A stretch of 64,000 bases of DNA from Eledone cirrhosa (Eukaryota), in contig OZ024744.1 of assembly GCA_964016885.1 (NCBI GenBank), forward strand, positions 3,348,001 to 3,412,000, given 5' to 3'. The notes beneath the pieces were generated by a model that saw only the letters and a program-made list of their open reading frames with translations, searched no databases and had not been told where the DNA came from. The number at the start of each line of letters is the position of its first letter. Within the stretch, counting starts at the first letter, position 1. Made by a program: the position numbers and the translations under genes. Shown in pieces: positions 25,801 through 37,780 of the stretch.

Positions 25801-27959
25801 GGAAGACAAGGTATAGAAAGATAGCTTGGTGAATAACGAAGTTTTGGGAGAAGACAAGGTCGAGAAAGATAGCTTGGTGAAGAACGAAGTTTTGAGGGAA
25901 GACAATGTAGAGAAAGATAGCTTGGTGAAGAACGAAGTTTTGGGGGAAGACAAGGTAGAGAAAGATAGCTTGGTGAAGAACGAAGTTTTGGGGGAAGACA
26001 AGGTAGAGAAAGATAGCTTGGTGAAGAACGAAGTTTTGGGGGGAAGACAAGGTAGAGAAAGATAGCTTGGTGAAGAACGACGTTTTGAGGGAAGACAAGG
26101 TAGAGAAAGATAGCTTGGTGAAGAACGAAGTTATGGGAGAAGACAAGGTCGAGAAAGATAGCTTGGTGAAGAACGAAGTTTTGAGGGAAAACAATGTAGA
26201 GAAAGATAGCTTGGTGAAGAACGAAGTTTTGGGGGAAGACAAGGTAGAGAAAGATAGCTTGGTGAAGAACGAAGTTTTGGGGGAAGACAAGGTAGAGAAA
26301 GATAGCTTGGTGAAGGACGAAGTTTTGAGGGAAGACAAGGTAGAGAAAGATAGCTTGGTGAAGAACGACGTTTTGTGGGAAGACAAGGTAGAGAAAGATA
26401 GCTTGGTGAAGAACGAAGTTTTGTGGGAAGACAAGGTAGAGAAAGATAGCTTGGTGAAGAACGAAGTTTTGAGGGAAGACAAGGTATAGAAAGATAGCTT
26501 GGTGAATAACGAAGTTTTGGGAGAAGACAAGGTCGAGAAAGATAGCTTGGTGAAGAACGAAGTTTTGAGGGAAGACAAGGTATAGAAAGATAGCTTGGTG
26601 AATAACGAAGTTTTGGGGAAGACAATGTAGAGAAAGATAGCTTGGTGAAGAACGAAGTTTTGGGGGAAGACAAGGTAGAGAAAGATAGCTTGGTGAAGAA
26701 CGAAGTTTTGAGGGAAGACAAGGTATAGAAAGATAGCTTGGTGAATAACGAAGTTTTGGGAGAAGACAAGGTCGAGAAAGATAGCTTGGTGAAGAACGAA
26801 GTTTTGAGGGAAGACAATGTAGAGAAAGATAGCTTGGTGAAGAACGAAGTTTTGGGGGAAGACAAGGTAGAGAAAGATAGCTTGGTGAAGAACGAAGTTT
26901 TGGGGGAAGACAAGGTAGAGAAAGACAGCTTGGTGAAGAACGAAGTTTTGAGGGAAGACAAGGTAGAGAAAGATAGCTTGGTGAAGAACGACGTTTTGTG
27001 GGAAGACAAGGTAGAGAAAGATAGCTTGGTGAAGAACGAAGTTTTGAGGGAAGACAAGGTATAGAAAGATAGCTTGGTGAATAACGAAGTTTTGGGGAAG
27101 ACAATGTAGAGAAAGATAGCTTGGTGAAGAACGAAGTTTTGGGGGAAGACAAGGTAGAGAAAGATAGCTTGGTGAAGAACGAAGTTTTGAGGGAAGACAA
27201 GGTATAGAAAGATAGCTTGGTGAATAACGAAGTTTTGGGAGAAGACAAGGTCGAGAAAGATAGCTTGGTGAAGAACGAAGTTTTGAGGGAAGACAATGTA
27301 GAGAAAGATAGCTTGGTGAAGAACGAAGTTTTGGGGGAAGACAAGGTAGAGAAAGATAGCTTGGTGAAGAACGAAGTTTTGGGGGAAGACAAGGTAGAGA
27401 AAGACAGCTTGGTGAAGAACGAAGTTTTGAGGGAAGACAAGGTAGAGAAAGATAGCTTGGTGAAGAACGACGTTTTGTGGGAAGACAAGGTAGAGAAAGA
27501 TAGCTTGGTGAAGAACGAAGTTTTGTGGGAAGACAAGGTAGAGAAAGATAGCTTGGTGAAGAACGAAGTTTTGGGGGAAGACAAGGTAGAGAAAGATAGC
27601 TTGGTGAAGAACGAAGTTTTGGGGGAAGACAAGGTAGAGAAAGATAGCTTGGTGAAGAACGAAGTTTTGGGGAAGACAATGTAGAGAAAGATATATTGGT
27701 GAAGAACGAAGTTTTGGGGGAAGACAAGGTAGAGAAAGATAGCTTGGTGAAGAACGAAGTTTTGAGGGAAGACAAGGTAGAGAAAGATAGCTTGGTGAAT
27801 AACGAAGTTTTGGGAGAAGACAAGGTAGAGAAAGATAGCGTGGTGAAGAACGACGTTTTGAGGGAAGACAAGGTAGAGAAAGATAGCTTGGTGAAGAACG
27901 AAGTTTTGGGGGAAGACAAGGTAGAGAAAGATAGCTTGGTGAAGAACGAAGTTTTGGGG
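18333..27959 (+). repeat. Near-tandem duplication at offset 5,417 (18333-22542 versus 23750-27959), with internal 912-bp and 479-bp repeats
   Basis: ORF pairs 18875/24292, 19354/24771, 19738/25155, 20409/25826, 20650/26067, 21321/26738 and 21800/27217. One mismatch noticed (19951 T versus 25368 G). Confidence 0.88.
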
Positions 27960-29086
27960 AAGACAATGTAGAGAAAGATAGCTTGGTGAAGAACGAAGTT
28001 TTGGGGGAAGACAAGGTAGAGAAAGATAGCTTGGTGAAGAACGAAGTTTTGGGGGGAAGACAAGGTAGAGAAAGATAGCTTGGTGAAGAACGACGTTTTG
28101 AGGGAAGACAAGGTAGAGAAAGATAGCTTGGTGAAGAACGAAGTTATGGGAGAAGACAAGGTCGAGAAAGATAGCTTGGTGAAGAACGAAGTTTTGAGGG
28201 AAAACAATGTAGAGAAAGATAGCTTGGTGAAGAACGAAGTTTTGGGGGAAGACAAGGTAGAGAAAGATAGCTTGGTGAAGAACGAAGTTTTGGGGGAAGA
28301 CAAGGTAGAGAAAGATAGCTTGGTGAAGGACGAAGTTTTGAGGGAAGACAAGGTAGAGAAAGATAGCTTGGTGAAGAACGACGTTTTGTGGGAAGACAAG
28401 GTAGAGAAAGATAGCTTGGTGAAGAACGAAGTTTTGTGGGAAGACAAGGTAGAGAAAGATAGCTTGGTGAAGAACGAAGTTTTGAGGGAAGACAAGGTAT
28501 AGAAAGATAGCTTGGTGAATAACGAAGTTTTGGGAGAAGACAAGGTCGAGAAAGATAGCTTGGTGAAGAACGAAGTTTTGAGGGAAGACAAGGTATAGAA
28601 AGATAGCTTGGTGAATAACGAAGTTTTGGGGAAGACAATGTAGAGAAAGATAGCTTGGTGAAGAACGAAGTTTTGGGGGAAGACAAGGTAGAGAAAGATA
28701 GCTTGGTGAAGAACGAAGTTTTGAGGGAAGACAAGGTATAGAAAGATAGCTTGGTGAATAACGAAGTTTTGGGAGAAGACAAGGTCGAGAAAGATAGCTT
28801 GGTGAAGAACGAAGTTTTGAGGGAAGACAATGTAGAGAAAGATAGCTTGGTGAAGAACGAAGTTTTGGGGGAAGACAAGGTAGAGAAAGATAGCTTGGTG
28901 AAGAACGAAGTTTTGGGGGAAGACAAGGTAGAGAAAGACAGCTTGGTGAAGAACGAAGTTTTGAGGGAAGACAAGGTAGAGAAAGATAGCTTGGTGAAGA
29001 ACGACGTTTTGTGGGAAGACAAGGTAGAGAAAGATAGCTTGGTGAAGAACGAAGTTTTGTGGGAAGACAAGGTAGAGAAAGATAGC

Positions 29087-32000
29087 TTGGTGAAGAACGA
29101 AGTTTTGGGGGAAGACAAGGTAGAGAAAGATAGCTTGGTGAAGAACGAAGTTTTGGGGGAAGACAAGGTAGAGAAAGATAGCTTGGTGAAGAACGAAGTT
29201 TTGGGGAAGACAATGTAGAGAAAGATATATTGGTGAAGAACGAAGTTTTGGGGGAAGACAAGGTAGAGAAAGATAGCTTGGTGAAGAACGAAGTTTTGAG
29301 GGAAGACAAGGTAGAGAAAGATAGCTTGGTGAATAACGAAGTTTTGGGAGAAGACAAGGTAGAGAAAGATAGCGTGGTGAAGAACGACGTTTTGAGGGAA
29401 GACAAGGTAGAGAAAGATAGCTTGGTGAAGAACGAAGTTTTGGGGGAAGACAAGGTAGAGAAAGATAGCTTGGTGAAGAACGAAGTTTTGGGGAAGACAA
29501 TGTAGAGAAAGATAGCTTGGTGAAGAACGAAGTTTTGGGGGAAGACAAGGTAGAGAAAGATAGCTTGGTGAAGAACGAAGTTTTGGGGGGAAGACAAGGT
29601 AGAGAAAGATAGCTTGGTGAAGAACGACGTTTTGAGGGAAGACAAGGTAGAGAAAGATAGCTTGGTGAAGAACGAAGTTATGGGGAAGACAATGTAGAGA
29701 AAGATAGCTTGGTGAAGAACGAAGTTTTGGGGGAAGACAAGGTAGAGAAAGATAGCTTGGTGAAGAACGAAGTTCTGAGGGAAGACAAGGTAGAGAAAGA
29801 TAGCTTGGTGAAGAACGAAGTTTTGGGAGAAGACAAGGTAGAGAAAGATATCTTGGTGAAGAACGAAGTTTTGACGGAAGACAAGGTAGAGAAAGATAGC
29901 TTGGTGAAGAATGACGTTTTGTGGGAAGACAAGGTAGAGAAAGATAGGTTGGTGAAGAACGAAGTTTTGTGTGAAGACAAGCTAGAGAAAGATAGCTTGG
30001 TGAAGAACGAAGTTTTGGGGGAAGACAAGGTAGAGAAAGATAGATTGGTGAAGAACGAAGTTTTGAGGGATGACAAGGTAGAGAAAGATGACTTGGTGAA
30101 GAACGAAGTTTTGGGGGAAGACAAGGTAGAGAAAGATAGCTTGGTGAAGAACGAAGTTTTGGGGGAAGACAAGGTAGAGTAAGATAGCTTGGTGAAGAAC
30201 GAAGTTTTGGGGGAAGACAAGGTAGAGAAAGATAGCTTGGTGAAGAACGATGTTTTGGGGAAGACAATGTAGAGAAAGATAGCTTGGTGAAGAACGAAGT
30301 TTTGAGGGAAGACAAGGTATAGAAAGATAGCTTGGTGAATAACGAAGTTTTGGGAGAAGACAAGGTCGAGAAAGATAGCTTGGTGAAGAACGAAGTTTTG
30401 AGGGAAAACAATGTAGAGAAAGATAGCTTGGTGAAGAACGAAGTTTTGGGGGAAGACAAGGTAGAGAAAGATAGCTTGGTGAAGAACGAAGTTTTGGGGG
30501 AAGACAAGGTAGAGAAAGATAGCTTGGTGAAGGACGAAGTTTTGAGGGAAGACAAGGTAGAGAAAGATAGCTTGGTGAAGAACGACGTTTTGTGGGAAGA
30601 CAAGGTAGAGAAAGATAGCTTGGTGAAGAACGAAGTTTTGTGGGAAGACAAGGTAGAGAAAGATAGCTTGGTGAAGAACGAAGTTTTGGGGGAAGACAAG
30701 GTAGAGAAAGATAGCTTGGTGAAAAACGAAGTTTTGGGGGAAGACAAGGTAGAGAAAGATAGCTTGGTGAACAACGAAGTTTTGGGGGAAGACAAGGTAG
30801 AGAAAGATAGCTTGGTGAAGAACGAAGTTTTGGGGAAGACAATGTAGAGAAAGATATATTGGTGAAGAACGAAGTTTTGGGGGAAGACAAGGTAGAGAAA
30901 GATAGCTTGGTGAAGAACGAAGTTTTGAGGGAAGACAAGGTAGAGAAAGATAGCTTGGTGAATAACGAAGTTTTGGGAGAAGACAAGGTAGAGAAAGATA
31001 GCTTGGTGAAGAACGACGTTTTGAGGGAAGACAAGGTAGAGAAAGATAGCTTGGTGAAGAACGAAGTTTTGGGGAAGACAATGTAGAGAAAGATAGCTTG
31101 GTGAAGAACGAAGTTTTGGGGGAAGACAAGGTAGAGAAAGATAGCTTGGTGAAGAACGAAGTTTTGGGGGGAAGACAAGGTAGAGAAAGATAGCTTGGTG
31201 TAGAACGACGTTTTGAGGGAAGACAAGGTAGAGAAAGATAGCTTGGTGAAGAACGAAGTTATGGGGAAGACAATGTAGAGAAAGATAGCTTGGTGAAGAA
31301 CGAAGTTTTGGGGGAAGACAAGGTAGAGAAAGATAGCTTGGTGAAGAACGATGTTTTGGGGAAGACAATGTAGAGAAAGATAGCTTGGTGAAGAACGAAG
31401 TTTTGGGGGAAGACAAGGTAGAGAAAGATAGCTTGGTGAAGAACGAAGTTTTGAGGGAAGACAAGGTATAGAAAGATAGCTTGGTGAATAACGAAGTTTT
31501 GGGGGAAGACAAGGTCGAGAAAGATAGCTTGGTGAAGAACGAAGTTTTGAGGGAAGACAATGTAGAGAAAGATAGCTTGGTGAAGAACGAAGTTTTGGGG
31601 GAAGACAAGGTAGAGTAAGATAGCTTGGTGAAGAACGAAGTTTTGGGGGAAGACAAGGTAGAGAAAGATAGCTTGGTGAAGAACGATGTTTTGGGGAAGA
31701 CAATGTAGAGAAAGATAGCTTGGTGAAGAACGAAGTTTTGAGGGAAGACAAGGTATAGAAAGATAGCTTGGTGAATAACGAAGTTTTGGGAGAAGACAAG
31801 GTCGAGAAAGATAGCTTGGTGAAGAACGAAGTTTTGAGGGAAAACAATGTAGAGAAAGATAGCTTGGTGAAGAACGAAGTTTTGGGGGAAGACAAGGTAG
31901 AGAAAGATAGCTTGGTGAAGAACGAAGTTTTGGGGGAAGACAAGGTAGAGAAAGATAGCTTGGTGAAGGACGAAGTTTTGAGGGAAGACAAGGTAGAGAA

Positions 32001-34551
32001 AGATAGCTTGGTGAAGAACGACGTTTTGTGGGAAGACAAGGTAGAGAAAGATAGCTTGGTGAAGAACGAAGTTTTGGGGGAAGACAAGGTAGAGAAAGAT
32101 AGCTTGGTGAAAAACGAAGTTTTGGGGGAAGACAAGGTAGAGAAAGATAGCTTGGTGAACAACGAAGTTTTGGGGGAAGACAAGGTAGAGAAAGATAGCT
32201 TGGTGAAGAACGAAGTTTTGGGGAAGACAATGTAGAGAAAGATATATTGGTGAAGAACGAAGTTTTGGGGGAAGACAAGGTAGAGAAAGATAGCTTGGTG
32301 AAGAACGAAGTTTTGAGGGAAGACAAGGTAGAGAAAGATAGCTTGGTGAATAACGAAGTTTTGGGAGAAGACAAGGTAGAGAAAGATAGCTTGGTGAAGA
32401 ACGACGTTTTGAGGGAAGACAAGGTAGAGAAAGATAGCTTGGTGAAGAACGAAGTTTTGGGGAAGACAATGTAGAGAAAGATAGCTTGGTGAAGAACGAA
32501 GTTTTGGGGGAAGACAAGGTAGAGAAAGATAGCTTGGTGAAGAACGACGTTTTGAGGGAAGACAAGGTAGAGAAAGATAGCTTGGTGAAGAACGAAGTTT
32601 TGGGGAAGACAATGTAGAGAAAGATAGCTTGGTGAAGAACGAAGTTTTGGGGGAAGACAAGGTAGAGAAAGATAGCTTGGTGAAGAACGAAGTTTTGAGG
32701 GAAGACAAGGTATAGAAAGATAGCTTGGTGAATAACGAAGTTTTGGGAGAAGACAAGGTCGAGAAAGATAGCTTGGTGAAGAACGAAGTTTTGAGGGAAG
32801 ACAATGTAGAGAAAGATAGCTTGGTGAAGAACGAAGTTTTGGGGGAAGACAAGGTAGAGTAAGATAGCTTGGTGAAGAACGAAGTTTTGGGGGAAGACAA
32901 GGTAGAGAAAGATAGCTTGGTGAAGAACGATGTTTTGGGGAAGACAATGTAGAGAAAGATAGCTTGGTGAAGAACGAAGTTTTGAGGGAAGACAAGGTAT
33001 AGAAAGATAGCTTGGTGAATAACGAAGTTTTGGGAGAAGACAAGGTCGAGAAAGATAGCTTGGTGAAGAACGAAGTTTTGAGGGAAAACAATGTAGAGAA
33101 AGATAGCTTGGTGAAGAACGAAGTTTTGGGGGAAGACAAGGTAGAGAAAGATAGCTTGGTGAAGAACGAAGTTTTGGGGGAAGACAAGGTAGAGAAAGAT
33201 AGCTTGGTGAAGGACGAAGTTTTGAGGGAAGACAAGGTAGAGAAAGATAGCTTGGTGAAGAACGACGTTTTGTGGGAAGACAAGGTAGAGAAAGATAGCT
33301 TGGTGAAGAACGAAGTTTTGTGGGAAGACAAGGTAGAGAAAGATAGCTTGGTGAAGAACGAAGTTTTGGGGGAAGACAAGGTAGAGAAAGATAGCTTGGT
33401 GAAAAACGAAGTTTTGGGGGAAGACAAGGTAGAGAAAGATAGCTTGGTGAACAACGAAGTTTTGGGGGAAGACAAGGTAGAGAAAGATAGCTTGGTGAAG
33501 AACGAAGTTTTGGGGAAGACAATGTAGAGAAAGATATATTGGTGAAGAACGAAGTTTTGGGGGAAGACAAGGTAGAGAAAGATAGCTTGGTGAAGAACGA
33601 AGTTTTGAGGGAAGACAAGGTAGAGAAAGATAGCTTGGTGAATAACGAAGTTTTGGGAGAAGACAAGGTAGAGAAAGATAGCTTGGTGAAGAACGACGTT
33701 TTGAGGGAAGACAAGGTAGAGAAAGATAGCTTGGTGAAGAACGAAGTTTTGGGGAAGACAATGTAGAGAAAGATAGCTTGGTGAAGAACGAAGTTTTGGG
33801 GGAAGACAAGGTAGAGAAAGATAGCTTGGTGAAGAACGAAGTTTTGGGGGGAAGACAAGGTAGAGAAAGATAGCTTGGTGAAGAACGACGTTTTGAGGGA
33901 AGACAAGGTAGAGAAAGATAGCTTGGTGAAAAACGAAGTTATGGGGAAGACAATGTAGAGAAAGATAGCTTGGTGAAGAACGAAGTTTTGGGGGAAGACA
34001 AGGTAGAGAAAGATAGCTTGGTGAAGAACGATGTTTTGGGGAAGACAATGTAGAGAAAGATAGCTTGGTGAAGAACGAAGTTTTGGGGGAAGACAAGGTA
34101 GAGAAAGATAGCTTGGTGAAGAACGAAGTTTTGAGGGAAGACAAGGTATAGAAAGATAGCTTGGTGAATAACGAAGTTTTGGGAGAAGACAAGGTCGAGA
34201 AAGATAGCTTGGTGAAGAACGAAGTTTTGAGGGAAGACAATGTAGAGAAAGATAGCTTGGTGAAGAACGAAGTTTTGGGGGGAAGACAAGGTAGAGAAAG
34301 ATAGCTTGGTGAAGAACGACGTTTTGAGGGAAGACAAGGTAGAGAAAGATAGCTTGGTGAAGAACGAAGTTTTGAGGGAAGACAAGGTAGAGAAAGATAG
34401 CTTGGTGAAGAACGACGTTTTGTGGGAAGACAAGGTAGAGAAAGATAGCTTGGTGAAGAACGAAGTTTTGTGGGAAGACAAGGTAGAGAAAGATAGCTTG
34501 GTGAAGAACGAAGTTTTGGGGGAAGACAAGGTAGAGAAAGATAGCTTGGTG
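29087..34551 (+). repeat. Segmental block A, copy 2
   Basis: Same variant-monomer order as 1-5465, including the rare GTGTAGAAC monomer (near 2115 and 31201). Confidence 0.9.
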
Positions 34552-37500
34552 AAGAACGAAGTTTTGGGGGAAGACAAGGTAGAGAAAGATAGCTTGGTGA
34601 ACAACGAAGTTTTGGGGGAAGACAAGGTAGAGAAAGATAGCTTGGTGAAGAACGAAGTTTTGGGGAAGACAATGTAGAGAAAGATATATTGGTGAAGAAC
34701 GAAGTTTTGGGGGAAGACAAGGTAGAGAAAGATAGCTTGGTGAAGAACGAAGTTTTGAGGGAAGACAAGGTAGAGAAAGATAGCTTGGTGAATAACGAAG
34801 TTTTGGGAGAAGACAAGGTAGAGAAAGATAGCGTGGTGAAGAACGACGTTTTGAGGGAAGACAAGGTAGAGAAAGATAGCTTGGTGAAGAACGAAGTTTT
34901 GGGGGAAGACAAGGTAGAGAAAGATAGCTTGGTGAATAACGAAGTTTTGGGAGAAGACAAGGTAGAGAAAGATAGCGTGGTGAAGAACGACGTTTTGAGG
35001 GAAGACAAGGTAGAGAAAGATAGCTTGGTGAAGAACGAAGTTTTGGGGGAAGACAAGGTAGAGAAAGATAGCTTGGTGAAGAACGAAGTTTTGGGGAAGA
35101 CAATGTAGAGAAAGATAGCTTGGTGAAGAACGAAGTTTTGGGGGAAGACAAGGTAGAGAAAGATAGCTTGGTGAAGAACGAAGTTTTGGGGGGAAGACAA
35201 GGTAGAGAAAGATAGCTTGGTGAAGAACGAAGTTTTGGGGGAAGACAAGGTAGAGAAAGATAGCTTGGTGAAGAACGAAGTTTTGAGGGAAGACAAGGTA
35301 TAGAAAGATAGCTTGGTGAATAACGAAGTTTTGGGAGAAGACAAGGTCGAGAAAGATAGCTTGGTGAAGAACGAAGTTTTGAGGGAAGACAATGTAGAGA
35401 AAGATAGCTTGGTGAAGAACGAAGTTTTGGGGGGAAGACAAGGTAGAGAAAGATAGCTTGGTGAAGAACGACGTTTTGAGGGAAGACAAGGTAGAGAAAG
35501 ATAGCTTGGTGAAGAACGAAGTTTTGAGGGAAGACAAGGTAGAGAAAGATAGCTTGGTGAAGAACGACGTTTTGTGGGAAGACAAGGTAGAGAAAGATAG
35601 CTTGGTGAAGAACGAAGTTTTGTGGGAAGACAAGGTAGAGAAAGATAGCTTGGTGAAGAACGAAGTTTTGGGGGAAGACAAGGTAGAGAAAGATAGCTTG
35701 GTGAAGAACGAAGTTTTGGGGGAAGACAAGGTAGAGAAAGATAGCTTGGTGAACAACGAAGTTTTGGGGGAAGACAAGGTAGAGAAAGATAGCTTGGTGA
35801 AGAACGAAGTTTTGGGGAAGACAATGTAGAGAAAGATATATTGGTGAAGAACGAAGTTTTGGGGGAAGACAAGGTAGAGAAAGATAGCTTGGTGAAGAAC
35901 GAAGTTTTGAGGGAAGACAAGGTAGAGAAAGATAGCTTGGTGAATAACGAAGTTTTGGGAGAAGACAAGGTAGAGAAAGATAGCGTGGTGAAGAACGACG
36001 TTTTGAGGGAAGACAAGGTAGAGAAAGATAGCTTGGTGAAGAACGAAGTTTTGGGGGAAGACAAGGTAGAGAAAGATAGCTTGGTGAATAACGAAGTTTT
36101 GGGAGAAGACAAGGTAGAGAAAGATAGCGTGGTGAAGAACGACGTTTTGAGGGAAGACAAGGTAGAGAAAGATAGCTTGGTGAAGAACGAAGTTTTGGGG
36201 GAAGACAAGGTAGAGAAAGATAGCTTGGTGAAGAACGAAGTTTTGGGGAAGACAATGTAGAGAAAGATAGCTTGGTGAAGAACGAAGTTTTGGGGGAAGA
36301 CAAGGTAGAGAAAGATAGCTTGGTGAAGAACGAAGTTTTGGGGGGAAGACAAGGTAGAGAAAGATAGCTTGGTGAAGAACGACGTTTTGAGGGAAGACAA
36401 GGTAGAGAAAGATAGCTTGGTGAAGAACGAAGTTATGGGGAAGACAATGTAGAGAAAGATAGCTTGGTGAAGAACGAAGTTTTGGGGGAAGACAAGGTAG
36501 AGAAAGATAGCTTGGTGAAGAACGAAGTTCTGAGGGAAGACAAGGTAGAGAAAGATAGATTGGTGAAGAACGAAGTTTTGGGAGAAGACAAGGTAGAGAA
36601 AGATATCTTGGTGAAGAACGAAGTTTTGACGGAAGACAAGGTAGAGAAAGATAGCTTGGTGAATAACGAAGTTTTGGGAGAAGACAAGGTCGAGAAAGAT
36701 AGCTTGGTGAAGAACGAAGTTTTGAGGGAAGACAATGTAGAGAAAGATAGCTTGGTGAAGAACGAAGTTTTGGGGGGAAGACAAGGTAGAGAAAGATAGC
36801 TTGGTGAAGAACGACGTTTTGTGGGAAGACAAGGTAGAGAAAGATAGCTTGGTGAAGAACGAAGTTTTGTGGGAAGACAAGGTAGAGAAAGATAGCTTGG
36901 TGAAGAACGAAGTTTTGGGGGAAGACAAGGTAGAGAAAGATAGCTTGGTGAAGAACGAAGTTTTGGGGGAAGACAAGGTAGAGAAAGATAGCTTGGTGAA
37001 CAACGAAGTTTTGGGGGAAGACAAGGTAGAGAAAGATAGCTTGGTGAAGAACGAAGTTTTGGGGAAGACAATGTAGAGAAAGATATATTGGTGAAGAACG
37101 AAGTTTTGGGGGAAGACAAGGTAGAGAAAGATAGCTTGGTGAAGAACGAAGTTTTGAGGGAAGACAAGGTAGAGAAAGATAGCTTGGTGAATAACGAAGT
37201 TTTGGGAGAAGACAAGGTAGAGAAAGATAGCGTGGTGAAGAACGACGTTTTGAGGGAAGACAAGGTAGAGAAAGATAGCTTGGTGAAGAACGAAGTTTTG
37301 GGGGAAGACAAGGTAGAGAAAGATAGCTTGGTGAATAACGAAGTTTTGGGAGAAGACAAGGTAGAGAAAGATAGCGTGGTGAAGAACGACGTTTTGAGGG
37401 AAGACAAGGTAGAGAAAGATAGCTTGGTGAAGAACGAAGTTTTGGGGGAAGACAAGGTAGAGAAAGATAGCTTGGTGAAGAACGAAGTTTTGGGGAAGAC

Positions 37501-37780
37501 AATGTAGAGAAAGATAGCTTGGTGAAGAACGAAGTTTTGGGGGAAGACAAGGTAGAGAAAGATAGCTTGGTGAAGAACGAAGTTTTGGGGGGAAGACAAG
37601 GTAGAGAAAGATAGCTTGGTGAAGAACGAAGTTTTGGGGGAAGACAAGGTAGAGAAAGATAGCTTGGTGAAGAACGAAGTTTTGAGGGAAGACAAGGTAT
37701 AGAAAGATAGCTTGGTGAATAACGAAGTTTTGGGAGAAGACAAGGTCGAGAAAGATAGCTTGGTGAAGAACGAAGTTTTG
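33453..37780 (+). repeat. Segmental block C, copy 2
   Basis: Same variant order as 11791-16118. The boundaries are set by the first mismatches at 33452/11790 and 37781/16119. Confidence 0.9.
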
